DNA of 63,655 nucleotides, filler included, from Octopus bimaculoides (Eukaryota), in the NCBI RefSeq assembly GCF_001194135.2. It is 4 parts of 4 records of this genome, joined end to end, with 100 filler letters (N's around TTAATTAATTAA, not from the genome) between each part and the next. Parts side by side here need not be neighbours in the genome. Positions count along the whole stretch, not along the records: positions 20,661 to 41,474 come from NC_068983.1; 3 more parts are not named here. The stretch is one strand, 5' to 3'. Made by a program: the position numbers and the translations under genes. Positions 23,409-37,259 of this stretch are shown piece by piece (position 1 is the stretch's first letter; each line of letters opens with the position of its first letter). The notes beneath the pieces were generated by a model, which was not told the origin of the DNA, made no database searches, and saw only the letters and a list, made by a program, of their open reading frames with translations.

Positions 23409-26400
23409 CTACATTCCCTTTTTGCTCTAATATATTAACATTGACATTAACAGATTCCAGTGCAGTATCAGCAAGCTGGAGTTACCAATCCATTACTAAA
23501 GCAATACATTAAACCAATAACATCATGTAAGTTGCACTTCTTGTGATGATAAAAGAGAATTTAATTGCATTCAATAATTCTTTCTTTTTGTAAAGGTAAA
23601 TAGAAAACAATATAAACTTCAGTTAATCAAAAGGAATTTAAAAAGACTGAGTGTAGTTTGACATTGTTATTTAATAGAGGATGATAATTTTAAGATCCAA
23701 TGACTGAATTATTGAGTAACAGAATTTTATGGTATTTCAGATTCGCTTCATTGCAAACCTTATACTTGCCATTGCTTTTTGTCTTTCTGCATCCATAGTG
23801 CCATATGCATGGGATGAACCTATTCTAAATCCATATATTACTCTTGGAATCTCCGGAGGAACAAGTGCAACATATAACATGAACAAACCTGGTGAAGGAG
23901 AACAGCTTTGTTATCAGAACTTCATCTTCTTAGCTGCTACTGCTACATTCAATGGGTAAGTTGATTATTTAGTCTTATGCATGACAAGAACCATTTGATG
24001 GTTTAAGCTATGTAAAAGACACAACATGGTTATCTCTACAACTAATTCACATGCATACTGCATTGATAGATGAGTTTAAATATATTTTGATGTGTATGCA
24101 TTAGATGATCACAAAAGCTGTATCCATACACATGTATGGCTTTCATCACTGTTTTGTCATACTATGCCTTTATTGTATTTACAATTCTATTTCCAGAGAT
24201 GCCCATCTCAAGAGTCCAGCCAGTCATCCTGATTGCAACAACAGAGAGTTAGTTCTTGATGCAATTAGCACTCGGATAGTGTTTAAGAGAAAAGTTAGTT
24301 GACTTTCTTTTAATGAGCTTTTTTTTAACATTTTGTTTTCCTTAATTTTATTCCAATATTAAGTGTAATTAATTTATAACTTTGCAGGTCCATGTCTACT
24401 GGAATGTTTTTGTAATAACTACCAAAAATCATTATCCTCATTGTAAATTGTTTAATAGTGAATTAAAGGAGATTTTAGTTAATTTTCTCGTGATACCTGG
24501 ACTCAGCAGACCAGCAATTATCTGTACTTTTTGTATAATGAAACAGGTGAGATACAAACTCCCTCTTGGATAACATGCTAAATGTGTCACAGATAACTTT
24601 CTCACAAATACCTTGTGTTTCTCAGCTTTGTCAACTGAGGCAGTGTATTACTGAGGAACAACAAAATATCCACTGCAGGATATAAACTTACAAGCTGTTA
24701 TCTTATTCCTGTGGCCATATCTTACTTGAGCTCTTCACTCCTTATGGAGCAAAGGCCATTGATGACGTTTCTCAACTCTGAGCTGTTTTTCTGCTTCTCT
24801 CCTCTTTCAGGTTTTGTTGGTTTTGAATTGTCATTGATGCTTCCATAACTTCACTTTTTTCTAAGTAGGGATGTTCACCCTACACAAATCCACTTTTACT
24901 TCTGGGTAAAGGTAGTGCATATTAGTCTAGCCTCTGTCTTTTGACCTATTCAGCATGTTAGTCCTTTATCTTTTGACCTGTCCAGCATGCAGCATGGGTG
25001 GCCCTATCAGAAGCTCATACTCTTCTGGTATGTGAGGCACTCAAGCCACTGTGCTGCAGTAAGGCTTAAACTGTGTGATGGATGTATGAAAGAGAGTGGG
25101 TGTATATTAAAAACATTTTGATTTTGCCACATGCAGCAAAGTTTGAGAACATTTTGTGTGTTTCTGTTTAGTCTAGATAGCATTTTGAGGGTTGTTTGAA
25201 TATTCTAAAAGTGCTTAAAGTCTTTACTGCATTGCTATCTTTTTATGGAAAGAATTTGCTCTTTTGTTTTATTACTATTTCCAGATTAAATTAATTAGTT
25301 TAATAACACTTAAACTAGAAGTTATATTTTGTTGAATAATTTTGAGACTTTAATCCTTTGGATACCAACTCATCTGAGACTACCCTTGCTTCTCTGATAC
25401 AAACTTTCTAATTTAAAGGGATCTGAATTTAGACCTTTCATGAAAATTCTATATGCACCAAAGACTATACTGACAAAGTTATTATTTCAATGAATTCTTC
25501 ATAATTTTCAAAATAAATTGAAATAAAAGTAGTGTATTCCATTAGGAATATGTTAACCAAAAAACATTGATGTTTTGTATTTGCTTTTATTATTTTAGAA
25601 TAGAAATTTAGAAATTGTTGTGAAGTTTTGGGCAAATGCTTTTAAGGATCTATGATCAAAGACATTCCAACCATGACCATCCTATCTTTTGATTTTCAGA
25701 CATAGTATCATCTAGGAATATTTTATCTAATCTACCCTTCCTTTTTTAAAAAAAACAATAGTATTATTCAACTGTGATTTGGCTGCTATTTTTAGAGACT
25801 TGGGTGACCACTTAGAGGGCCTCTTGCTGCTTTATAGTACTTATTTTTCTATTAGGTAGATGATAATGTTTAGTGTAAGGGAACACCTGAATAATGTGAT
25901 TATTCAGCAGCCAAGTTTTTTTTGTTTTTTTTTGCTCTAAATTTTCTTTTATGCTTTAACATTTTCTTCTTCTTCTTACCACAAGGAACTTGGCAAACGA
26001 TCTCAACTATGGCGTATGACAGGTGAAGGAATGCTCGAGAATGAAGGTTCAGCCCCTCCTCAGGAGCCTGGGAAAGTAACTGGCAATGTATTAGGGCTTG
26101 TTTTGGACATATCTGACATTGCCCCTCAACCTGGTAAATGTGTACCACTCATCCTTAGAAAACCTGATGAGCGCAGACGAACAACACAATTATGGAAGTT
26201 CACTCGTGTAAGTTGTCTTCATTATAGCACGTCTTATAACATACCTCTTGACCTGTATCATAGTGCAGCAGTAAGTTCTCAGCAAATAGTTTCTTTTTTT
26301 TTATGTATTTGCAAGTTCTGAAAGGAGGGGTGCCTTTGACCTTTGCTGGCCCTCCTAAAGTGGTGAGATTGATACCATTAATTTTCCTTTCTGACTATTG

Positions 26401-29400
26401 TAAGTAAACATTTGCAAGAAGAATACAAACATCATTATCATTGTTTAATGTCCACTTTCCATTTTGGCAGGGAGCTGTCCAGACTCCAACTGTTTGTTGT
26501 GGCATGGTTTTTATGCGCTGGATGCCCTTCCTAATACCAACCACTTAACAGAGTGTTCTGGGTGCATTTTACGTGCCACTGGCATGGGTGTGTTTGCGCA
26601 GCATTGGCACAAGTGCTTTTTAAGTGGCCCCAGCACTTAAACAGGGGGAAAATTTCAGAGAGTTCATATGAATAAGGAAAGCATTTCAGAGAGCCGATGT
26701 TCTGGGAGAGAAAGACCAAGCTTAATGATTAGTTGTAAGGCATGATGGGGGTAGTGGGGACAGAACAACAGTGATGAGAAGAGAAGCATAAACCCAGTCA
26801 ACTCCAAGGACTCCGACTCTCATCCTGTTTGTTTTAAGTTTTTTTCCTTTTCAAATACATATATTTTCCCTTTCTACTCTTTGTACAATTTTTTTTGCTG
26901 CTAGTTATGATGTTAAATGATGAGGAGAAAAGATCAACAGATTATTTTGGTGAAAATATTGAATTTTTTTTTTTTTATTTTTTTTAATAGATATTTCTTG
27001 TCACAAAGACAGATTTGTTTTTAACTATAATTGATAGAAAAATTGATGAATGCCATTTTATAGAGTACTGAAATTGTTTAACCCTTTCGTTAACAACCTG
27101 GCCAAAACCAGCTCTGGCTCTGTAGTGCAAATGTCTTGTTTTCATAAGTTTTGCATTAAAATATACCAATTTATATTCCTAACACTAGCTTAATGATAAC
27201 TAAGTTATTTTCCTAAATTCTTTGTTATATTTAAAATAATTGAAAGAAACACAGAGCATCTCAAAATAAATACAGTAACAAAAGGGTTAAAGTCAGAAAG
27301 ATTTCTAAAAATCTATATATATATATTTTGATGCTGTAGCATAGATTTGGCTACAAACTAATTTCAAGCTATTAACTCAAGAAAAAGAAAACTAACGAGA
27401 AATTGTGAAGTGTTCAATTTAAGATACTATCAATTGAGCCAGAATGCCAAAATTCCATTTCTTGTGACAAGAATTGTCATACTTTATTCCAGTCTTTGTT
27501 TGAATAAATTTTTGAAAGTTTTCTGCTAAATATCCTGTTACATTTAGCAACTTTTTTTGTATGTTGGTGGAAGCACATAACAAAAAAATTAGGATTTGTT
27601 TCTTTTTCTTTTTTCATTTTAGAATGGTTTGTTAACATGTGCCAATGGAACAATGTGTGTGCAAGCTGTTGATACCAATGCACTACAACATGGTAAGTCA
27701 AAATTTCTTATTTTGATTTTTCCATATTTTCTGAGTTTTGTCTTTATGTGAAAGTATGAGATAACAGGCCATCTGAAAATATCTAATCATCATAGTCATC
27801 ATTCGATGTCTATTTTCCATGTTGGCATGGGTTAGACTGTTTGACAGTAGCTGGAGAGCTGCCCAGACTCCATTTTGTCTGTTTTGGCATGGTGTGTGTG
27901 GCTGGATGTCCTTCCTACTGCCAACCACTTAACAAAGTGTACTGGGTGCTTTTAATGTGGCACTGTTGAAAGGAACACTTTAGAAACGAAATAATGTTAA
28001 TATATATCTCAGTTGCCTCTCATCTAACATAGTTTGTTAGCTTCAGATACATAATGTATTGAAACCTCATCCTCATTTAACATTCTCACATGGCATCAGC
28101 ACCAGTGGGATCACCATGTAACTTGCAGGGTGAAGACTTCTCAACTGGAAGAAGGACTGGAACTACAAGAAGTGGCTTTGTGCTAGAAGTCTCAATCCTT
28201 TGTTGTTTCCTCTTTGAGGTTCAACATCCTGTGATCATTTTTCACCACTTTGTTCCATGTCTTTCTAGGTCTACCTCTTCCACAAGTCCCCTCCGCACTA
28301 GAGGTCAGCAGTTCCTTATGCAGCTGTCCTCATCCATACACATCACATGACCATACCAGCACTGTCTTCTCTCTTGCTCACTGCATCTGATGCCTCTTAT
28401 ATCCAATTTTTCTTTTAAAACGCTTACACACTCTTATACATGCACACTAACATTGCACATCCAGCAGAGCATGCTGGCTTCATTTCTTTTGAGCCTATAC
28501 ATGTCCTCTGCAGTCACAGCCCACATTTCACTGCCTGTAGCATAACTGTCTGAACACAGGCATCATACAATCTGCCTTTCACTCTGAGGGAGAAGCCCTT
28601 TGTTACTAACAAAGTAGTAGCTCTCTGAACTTTGCTCAACCCATTCTTATTTTAGTAGCTACACTTTCAGTGCATCCCCCTCCACTGCTAACTCGGTTGC
28701 CTAGGTAAGCAAAGCTTAAAGTATATTTCTGTTTCTAATAAGTTTCCTTGTGGCATTTAATTTTATGAGTTTTCAAGAGAACTTATTCAGGTATTGTAAT
28801 TTTGCAAATTGTATTGGTATTATTTGTATATTTCCACAATATATTATTACAAAAGTGGAGAACAAATGATTTTGATCTGTCAGAAGAGATAATATTTAAT
28901 GAAATAGGTAAATTGGTACAATATTTTTTTTCTAAAGCTTGTTTCCTTAGAAAAGAAAAAATATTTAAGCATGCAATTTTATTTTAAGTTCTAAATTTTT
29001 TTTAAACCATCTTCTGAATTACTTTGATACAGCAATTCTGAGTGAGTCAGTATTCTTGTATCAACTTGAGATGGCCAGTATCTTCAAATAATATTTTTTT
29101 AAATAGTAAATATAATGAACATAGTAATTATTTTTATTTTAGGTATTAATAAACCTTGACAAGGCCAGACATAGCTACTTGTTGTGTATATTTACTTGTT
29201 GAAAATATTTCATTCAATTGTTTCTGGTCATTTCTTTAAAAAATCTAATAAATCCCACTCTTAAATTTCTTTTTTTAAAGATGCTATAACTCTACTTGGC
29301 CCAATACCTTCTCCAACATTGAAGAGTGTCCCTTTTCACATGCAAATTTCTCGTCAGAAACAACGACCCGGTTCTGGTTTCATTAGTGTCACAGTTCTCA

Positions 29401-29447
29401 TGGATGGACCTGTCAGAGTTTTACATATTTCTGATATTCAGAAAACA
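21108..29447 (+). CDS. VPS13D: VPS13D (vacuolar protein sorting 13D), internal 8-exon segment covering the end of the VAB/SHR-BD region and the ricin-B lectin-like domain; gene incomplete in window
   Basis: Manually spliced exons 21108-21289, 21970-22093, 23454-23526, 23799-23955, 24197-24293, 25986-26207, 27623-27692, 29281-29447 (1092 nt, 364 codons, no stops, all AG/GT, phases 0-2-0-1-2-0-0-1-0). Motifs FHWPRVDFDPLLCV, WSGGF, PPPFRIDN, YAWDEP, YQNFIFLAAT, GKRSQLWRMTGEGML, LRKPDERR, RPGSG...DGPVRVLHISD match my recollection of human VPS13D in the same order. Confidence 0.95.
21375..21830 (+). mobile_element. Full-length young SINE type 1 in a VPS13D intron
   Basis: A-box tggctgcgtgg, B-box ggttcattccc, CORE-like domain, internal (TA)n, tail gactgaaacaagtaaaagag. 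Confidence 0.9.
21970..22093 (+). CDS. VPS13D: VPS13D exon b (DEHGNSLLLKVEVILLGPTLHVLFYNSDDMPPPFRIDNYSL)
   Basis: gttctag acceptor, gtaagt donor; 124 nt, completes the phase-2 codon of exon a. Confidence 0.93.
23454..23526 (+). CDS. VPS13D: VPS13D exon c (IPVQYQQAGVTNPLLKQYIKPITS)
   Basis: ttaacag acceptor, gtaagt donor; 73 nt; corresponds to human VPVVFTQHGV..EVKPMTS as I recall it. Confidence 0.9.
23799..23955 (+). CDS. VPS13D: VPS13D exon d (LPYAWDEPILNPYITLGISGGTSATYNMNKPGEGEQLCYQNFIFLAATATFNG)
   Basis: ccatag acceptor, gtaagt donor; 157 nt. Confidence 0.93.
24197..24293 (+). CDS. VPS13D: VPS13D exon e (DAHLKSPASHPDCNNRELVLDAISTRIVFKRK)
   Basis: tttccag acceptor, gttagt donor; 97 nt; ELVLD..RIVFKRK resembles human ELVLDV..RVILKKK. 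Confidence 0.9.
25986..26207 (+). CDS. VPS13D: VPS13D exon f, ricin-B-like domain (ELGKRSQLWRMTGEGMLENEG...LRKPDERRRTTQLWKFTR)
   Basis: ttaccacaag acceptor, gtaagt donor; 222 nt. Confidence 0.95.
27082..27286. mobile_element. piggyBac-type MITE (205 bp), second family
   Basis: TTAA|CCCTTTCGTT ... AACAAAAGGG|TTAA; internal sequence differs from 7053-7259. Confidence 0.8.
27623..27692 (+). CDS. VPS13D: VPS13D exon g (NGLLTCANGTMCVQAVDTNALQH)
   Basis: Long pyrimidine tract + ttttag, gtaagt donor; 70 nt; resembles human GKLTCGLHGLVVQAKGG. Confidence 0.9.
29281..29447 (+). CDS. VPS13D: VPS13D exon h (DAITLLGPIPSPTLKSVPFHMQISRQKQRPGSGFISVTVLMDGPVRVLHISDIQKT)
   Basis: tttttttaaag acceptor, gtaagt donor; 167 nt. 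Confidence 0.93.
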
Positions 29448-30572
29448 GTAAGTCTTCACTACATTTATTTCATATCCTTTAATTTTGATTCACAGGATTA
29501 ATTCAAAGCTACAGTCATCAGTTGTGTGTCAAATTGAAAAAGAAAAGTCATCACCATCTTATGCCTGCCTTCTATTTTGTTGAGAAAGATTAGCTGTGAT
29601 TGCTCTCAAAATATTGAAGTCTCAAACCAGATTCAGGACCAAATTATTGCTGCAGTTTCATTATTCTAGCATGATTTTTGCCACTAAAGCTGCTGAATCA
29701 TCCTTTTATTGCATGGGTGATATCAATCTAAGTTCTCTAGCATTTAAAGGAGATATGGAATGAATTGAAGAACCATTTTGGGAACTTATCTATTCTTTTG
29801 TCATGATCCCTTGGACTCATAAAGTTGAAGTGGAAACCTGTTTTCATCGTATATAAGTAACTGAAAGTACAACCTTCATCACTGTCTGTCGCAGGGTTAA
29901 CTTCTCTATTATTACTGGAACTTTGGATTGGAGCAACAGGAAATGAAGTGTTTTGTTCAAAGACCTAATGCACCACCAGTCCAGAAATCAAAGCACAATC
30001 TTCCAATTGAGAATGAAGTACCTTAACCATCAAACCACACACCTTCACCTTTAGATATTTTAGCTATTGTATGATCTGGAAAAGTTCTGATATAAAAAGT
30101 GAAAATGACAAGTGCTGAATAACTCTTGTATTCAATCTCTAAGTTGTGAATGGGAAAAAAAAATGAGGAATCATACAGGCAATTCTGTTGGTAACATTCA
30201 ACTTGATTCAATACAGAGAAATGATATAAATCCCAAATAATGTGATGATATCTGAGAGAATAATTGCTTGACTGTTTTCTAATCAGAGAAATCCATCAAT
30301 AGAAAATTATCCCTTTTGATTTTAATACAGGAGATGGCAATCTTTTAGGTAAGGTACATTAGAATACTTTCAAGTGCCATTTTGTGGATAATGGACTTTG
30401 ATATTTATACCTTGCAATGCAATGAAACAAACATTTGTGCAATGCATGAACATTGTCTATCTTTCATGGATTGGATTATCAAGAGTGTAGTGTCTTTGTC
30501 AGCAACATCAGTGTTGTACATAGGAAACTATGACCTGTCAAATCATTGACAAGAAAAGTCTAGCATGCTCAT

Positions 30573-30603
<31 letters not shown>

Positions 30604-33600
30604 TACCAGGCTTAGTCAGAGGCAGAAGGAGAGTCTTCATAACCTTTTGTAGAGCACAGCTGTGCAGTTTAGTTAACTTCTCAACTACAAGATTTTAGGT
30701 TCAATCCTGCTGCACAGTAGCATGAGCAAGTATGTTGTGTCACAATCTCACATCAACAAGTGTCTTGTGAGAGAAATTGGATAAATGGAAACTGTGCAGA
30801 CATCTTTCGGAAGGACTGTTCTTTGATAACAGTTTTAATCTGTTGCCCAGTTCAATACCACCAGTTGACCCTAAGGTGGTTTTAAAGGAGTCTGTTCTGT
30901 TGCCTGCATTCAGATGAAGTCTCTGGTCTAAGGATAACTTCCTCTGTTCCTCTGAAGCGGTGAGCTGTAATTTTCTAATCTCGTTTTTATCCTTTAATGA
31001 TAATGTTTGTCATTGTGTAGACTTCTTATAACTTGCTACAACTGTTGTTATTGGTGATTCAAAATTATTTAAATGTATATGTATTTATAAACTTGAAATC
31101 TCTTCACCAAATTTTCTGTGTGTAAGTTAAGTGATTACTCAAAGCTTATTGAAACTTAATATGTCTGGGAAATCATAGATTTTTCATAACCATCTGGAAC
31201 TTATATTCAGAAGCATTTCTGTCTCTCAAAACTCTCCTTCTCCTTTCTTTTCTCTTCCCCCCCCCCTCTCTCTCTTCAGTGCAACCACTTGACTCTCGTT
31301 TATTCACTTACTCATTCACCTCTTCTAACTTAACTAAGAAATCATATTTTATTCTCAGACCTGTTTTGGAATTGAATTTCTTTTGTTTAAGAAGAATGTA
31401 TCCAATATTTGTCAGCTAGAAAGCACTTTAATATGCTTTTGATCATATTCCTGACAAAAATAACTTTATTACTGGCTGCCTTTGTCTTGTTGGTACTATA
31501 GAATGAGGAAAGTTTCAGAAATTTTCGAGATTTTGATTGGAATTTCTTTGTTTAGAATTGTTGAGGATTATTGGTAAGAATGTGTCTGGAAAGAAGACAA
31601 TGTTAAAAAGAGACGCTTACCAAAGTCCTGGGGGTGGATTTGGTTGATGGAAACTGTGTGTATTCAAATATTTTTTTGCAATCATATGGAATATTTTAAG
31701 TTTATATATTATATACATCTATATGCATATTAAGGGTTACTATTAATGATGTTTGGCATCAGTTCATCCCTAATTGAGCAAACCAAACCATACTGTTGCT
31801 TATGTTTTTATTTTTTGTTTTTTAGTTTTTCTCCCTACATAGTGTATCTAGGACTACATAGTCCACTAATTAATTCATTAAAAATATAAGTTGTAATCAC
31901 AGTGATGCTAAAATTGTATGTCTATTAAAAAACAGTATGCTGTACATTTTGGGCATGCCATGTAGTGATGCATTATTAATTAATTAATTAGTTAATTAAT
32001 ATATGTTGTCACTGTATGCAGTGTTATGCCAATTAGATTAGCCAGTTTAGCTGAGTCCTGTTTTGTATACGCTATAAATAGCTATATACCACTAATCTCT
32101 CTGTGGGCCAAAAATGGCTATTCTTTCTCTAAGAAGACAAAGTAGCCCAATCATTCTCACTTCTTTTGTTCACAGGAAGATAAAAACCTATGGGATAACC
32201 ACTTTGTTTACTTTTCCATAACCAGGCTAAAATCGTGTTTATAAAATTACATTTTCCACTCTCCCCTTCCCTTTTTAAGATGGTAGTATGTGATTTGAAG
32301 GAGAATTGGTTGCTATTTCTAGCAGATGGAGAGACCATGTAGTGACTCACTTGATGCCATTGATTACATTATGGGTAGTGTTGGTAATGATGAATTGAAG
32401 TGTGTGAATGGTGATCATGGTGGTGGCAGCAGGTTGATCTAAAGACCTTTTAATAAGATTAATCACATTTGCGATGGCAAAATATTCAAAGTTCAATAAA
32501 TCTTTTTTAAGCTCATACATTTGAATGCTTACTTTTATTTATTTGCAAGCTATTTTCAATTTTTACTTAGAGACTTCTTTTATGTTTCAACATTTATTTC
32601 TTTACTTTCTTCATATTTTTAAAAATTTTATTTTACTATTTATTTATGGCAATTCTAATGTTAATCTTTTAATAACCACCTTTTGCTACCTTCACCAGTT
32701 CCATGGTGTTGGCTGTATGTGCTTTTCTTCAACTCCATGCAGTACACAGTGCCACATGAGTAACAGCAGAGAAACCTTTCAGGTTGTAACTCTCTTTGTA
32801 AGCCTATTGTCTGCCATGGCTGTTTTTTTTTGTTTGTTTTTTTTTTATTGGACATTTCCATCAACACTTTCAAAATTTTTTTCCTCTTTCATTGTACATT
32901 CTTGCTTGTTAAATTATTTTATCTCTTAGGAAGAAAGAACCATTTTTGAGATAGAAAAAAAAAAATATTAAATTTTTTTTTTTAGATCAGGTTGTATTTA
33001 AAATGTATTGGAATTTTCCATATTTTCAATTTTAGCCTCTTAACTGCCTTTTTTTAAATGCACATTGAATGCAGCAGCTATTTTCACTTAAACTTTTAAC
33101 AATTTGGGTTTTGTTTATCTTTTTATTACTTTATCGTTTATTATTGTTCCATTTTAGCCTTTATATTTTGGCTCATTCTCTTTTTATATTGTGTGGACAT
33201 ATTTCATATACTGTATATTCTATGTTGTTTGTGTTCTGATGTGGAAAGCAAACTACAAACATATCCTGGCTCTCTTTCTATTTGCAAAATCTATGGATAT
33301 CTGTGGTGGTGAAGTTGTAATGTTTGCTGTGATGCACAAGCTAAAATAAATAATTTTTATCTTATCACTGAAGTTAAGCAATATTACGATGCTTGGAGCA
33401 ATGACCTAACTTATTCCAGATTTTATCTCGATACTGTAAACTGACTTCTACTAAACAGTTTGGAATGGAGAAGAATGTTGCAAAGCATATTACTTAAACA
33501 AACTACAAAGTTACCTTTCATCCATTTTGGGGTCGATAAAATAAAATATCTGTCAAGTACTAGGATCAGTTTAATTGACTAACTCCCACCTTACAAAACT

Positions 33601-33878
33601 TCAGGCCTTGTGTCTATATTAGGAACATTATTATTGTTCAGCAGACTTATTTTAATTGCATGCTTTTCTTACAGTTTCGAGCACAACTCTATGCATCTTG
33701 GGTATGTTCTGCTTTAATTTTGTGTATTTCTATTGTATTGAAATTATTCTCTGTAGTATATGTGCACTTCCTAGTACTACTGGTTTCTATGTTGTGTATA
33801 TATATAGACATAACTAAATATTGCAATATATCCTGTCCAGTGACAAACTATTTCTCTCTTTCTCACCAATTATTATAA

Positions 33879-33967
<89 letters not shown>

Positions 33968-34539
33968 TCTTGAAAGAGTATATTTAAAGTCACATTAGTT
34001 TTTATTCCAAACCTAGACACCTTTTATGTCTTTGGTTTTGCTTCAGTAGCATAGTATTTTGTAAGAGTGGATTTAGCTTGTATTTTTAGCAGAACAAGCA
34101 ACTACCTAGAGGTTTCTTATATTGGCCTACATTGTCCATTCAGTGGTTATAATCCAATGTCCTTCCTTTTTTTAAAGATGGTAGGTTATAATAGTAGGGA
34201 AAGTTGAATTGTTTTTAGAAGATCAAGTAACTATGTATAGGTTCTTTAGACTCACAGACCCCATTTGATTTTATTCATAGCTAAATTGACTTGATGTGCC
34301 TTCCTTTATACTTCTCATCAATTTGAAATTTTTTACTTTACCTGTCACCTCTCAACATCATTTTCCTCAAATTCTTTATCCTTTTTTCACACTTGTCTAC
34401 CTTACAAGAGATTCAAGGTAACGGCAAAAGTCATTAACACAGACATCCTCCAACATCTTTAATCTCTGTATCTCTCTCTCCTTAGCAACCACCAATCTTG
34501 TTTTCATTAAGTCATATCCACTAGTGACCTGCTTTTCTA

Positions 34540-35400
34540 TATCCCTTACTAGTGGGTATTTGCCTTTGAGAAATTTGACAAAAGCAATCTTACCACTCTT
34601 GATATGAGCAAAGCTTTCAACCATGTCCACCACGTGAATCTCATGGAAACTGTCCACCTATGGGTTCCACCTTCTATCAACTTCAGTGTACCCAAAGAGT
34701 CAGTTTTATCTTCCACTCTCTTTCATCTATACATCAATGACTTACCATCACATCCAACAACACCCATTCTTACACAGATGACAAACACCCTTCATTCTTC
34801 CCTAACCTTCACTCACAACCTTGATCCTCTACACCAAACCCTCTCTGTCTCCCTAAGCAGAGACCTTAAAAGCATGTTCCAGTGGGGATATACCAATCTT
34901 GTCTCTTTCTACAACAAAATAGTCAAAATGTTATTTCCATCAAGAAAACACCATTGTACTCTTTGCCTTGATCATGACCAGCACATGACTAAAAACCTTA
35001 CACTTGTTCCAAATATTGAGTGCATCACAACATCTGGCCCTTCCCTTGAGGGTCAAAAAATGCTTCATCTGCCAACAACTATCGATACTCTACAAAGCTC
35101 ATATGAGGCCCACAATGGAGTATTGCCCTCACATCTGGAACCCTAGATTGCATCCAGAAAATGGCCACCTGACAGATGGGCATAAAGGTAATCGTATATA
35201 TTCTCCAGCCTCTGGCCCACAAGCATGCTTCCTTCTTTACCCTTTGTTTTGCTACTATAATGATCTTTTTTTTTCTTCTGGGTTGGCTAGACTCTTGCTA
35301 CTGCCACTCAAACATTCTCAACTCATTTGTCTCTCCTCCTTCATCACTCTTGTGTGTCAAACCTCCCAATCACTACATGTTATAACCATTGATTCCTGAA
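34540..35400 (+). mobile_element. Decayed CR1/L2-like LINE RT fragment
   Basis: SKAFNHV, VPKESVLSSTLFHLYINDLP, YKAHMRPTMEYCPHIW. Confidence 0.8.
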
Positions 35401-36793
35401 CATTACACTTCTGAAATTCATGTTACTTTAAATATTCAAAAGGAACAGTAATGGCAATGACCTCATTTGTTTAGGAGGACCTGCAAAGGCCATTGGCACT
35501 TCTCCTTTCCCTTAGACCCAGCAATTACAAAAAGAAAATAAAAAAAAGGAAAAAATGTGAGGTGCTCCTCATTTCTGCCAACTTATTGCTTCTTCATCTT
35601 TATGTTACTCTTGACTCTAGAATTGCTTTGCAATATTTAACATGATCACACCTTCTTAGTTCAAATCCTGCTGAGATCAGCTTTGCCTCTCATCCTTCAA
35701 TGATAAGTGCCAGTCAAATACTGGAGTCCAATTAATCAACTCTCTCCACCTCCTACAAATGTGTGGCCTTGTGCTTATATAAGAAATCATTGTTGTTGTT
35801 GTTTCTTGTGGTCCATTATATTCACAGTGATTCCTCATAGTATCTGTACTTAACTTCTTGTGTATCATGTGATTATCAAATGTCTCATATTGCATCCTGA
35901 TTGTAGCCTGCTAGTTTGTTAATGAGGGCAAGATCAGTTGGTCAGAGATCTCTTTAAATGCATTCAAGCTTCACTTCACTGCTTGCTATCCAAAAACATT
36001 TATATTTTCTGTGTGTCATGCTTCTTTTTCATGATTGGCATGTTTTGACTTTTCTTGTTTCGTTTTCATGCATCCTTTTTATGCACACCACATACACTTA
36101 TTTTTCATTTCCATATTACTTGCTTCAAATGTTTATTCCCAAAGTAAAACATTTACTCAGTACTTACATTCAGCTTTTCAGTACAATTTCTGTTTCTGCT
36201 CTCTTGCTTAATTTTCAAATGTTTGTTTATTTGATTAGACTGAACTTCCATTTGTTAAATACATTTTCACTCTTTCCTTCTTTAAAAATAATCTTTTATG
36301 TGTTTATATCTAGTCTAAACTGCATTGTATGCTAAACAATCTGAAGTGAGATTGAAAACAATACTAACTTAGCTTAAAATGTTATATACAGTATATATAT
36401 ATTAATTACAGTTAATCATACACCATTTTGTATTATAAAAATTTATATTAACTAGTATTACTGGTACTAAATGACCGACAAAGTATCTTGTGGATATTTT
36501 GTCAGCCATATAGCAGAAACAGTTTGCATTACCTGATGAAACACTCCACAGTTTATTGTTAACATAAGGATTCAATAAGCGATAGATAAATGGTCAGTTA
36601 GATAAACTGGGTCAGTTTTACTTTTCTATCAGAAATTGGTGTCTATAATGTCTAATATCATTTATATTAATATCTTAACAGTTGATTTGTTAGTTTATTA
36701 ACTACTTAACTATACTAACAGCACTTCTGTTAAGGATTATGTGAACAATAAATCATACTAAATGTTGACTAATTTTAACATATTCATAATTTA

Positions 36794-36860
<67 letters not shown>

Positions 36861-37259
36861 CAACAAGGATATTCAAGGTTAACGCAGTACGATCATACTG
36901 CATTAGCCTTGAATATCCTTGTTGCTTATTTTGATTTTTAATCACCTTATTTTGGAATTGTTTGGATAATTCCATACTTAATTCTGGTGCCTAAACTGAA
37001 ATACCATATTCACCTTGAATCAAAATTTTGTATACATATATATATATATATAACTTATCATAAATATTGTGTTTGTTTCCTAGGGAAGTCATCATTCTGT
37101 TGTTTCACCATGTCTGAGTGACAGTGCTGGTTTCACTTTTCCGCAGGCTGGAGAGACATTTGCTACTCTTTTTTTCCCCAACTAGGTTCATGTGGGGAAA
37201 ATGAACATATCACAGCTTCACCAAAAATACATATATTGCTTTACTTAGAATTTAATTAG

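Noticed and set aside
29468-29482. ATATCCTTT resembling a U12 splice signal
   Set aside because: Lies 20 nt into a normal GT-AG intron with no matching exon structure
31502-31555. NEESFRNFRDFDWNFFV as the next VPS13D exon
   Set aside because: In-frame TAG with no convincing donor before it
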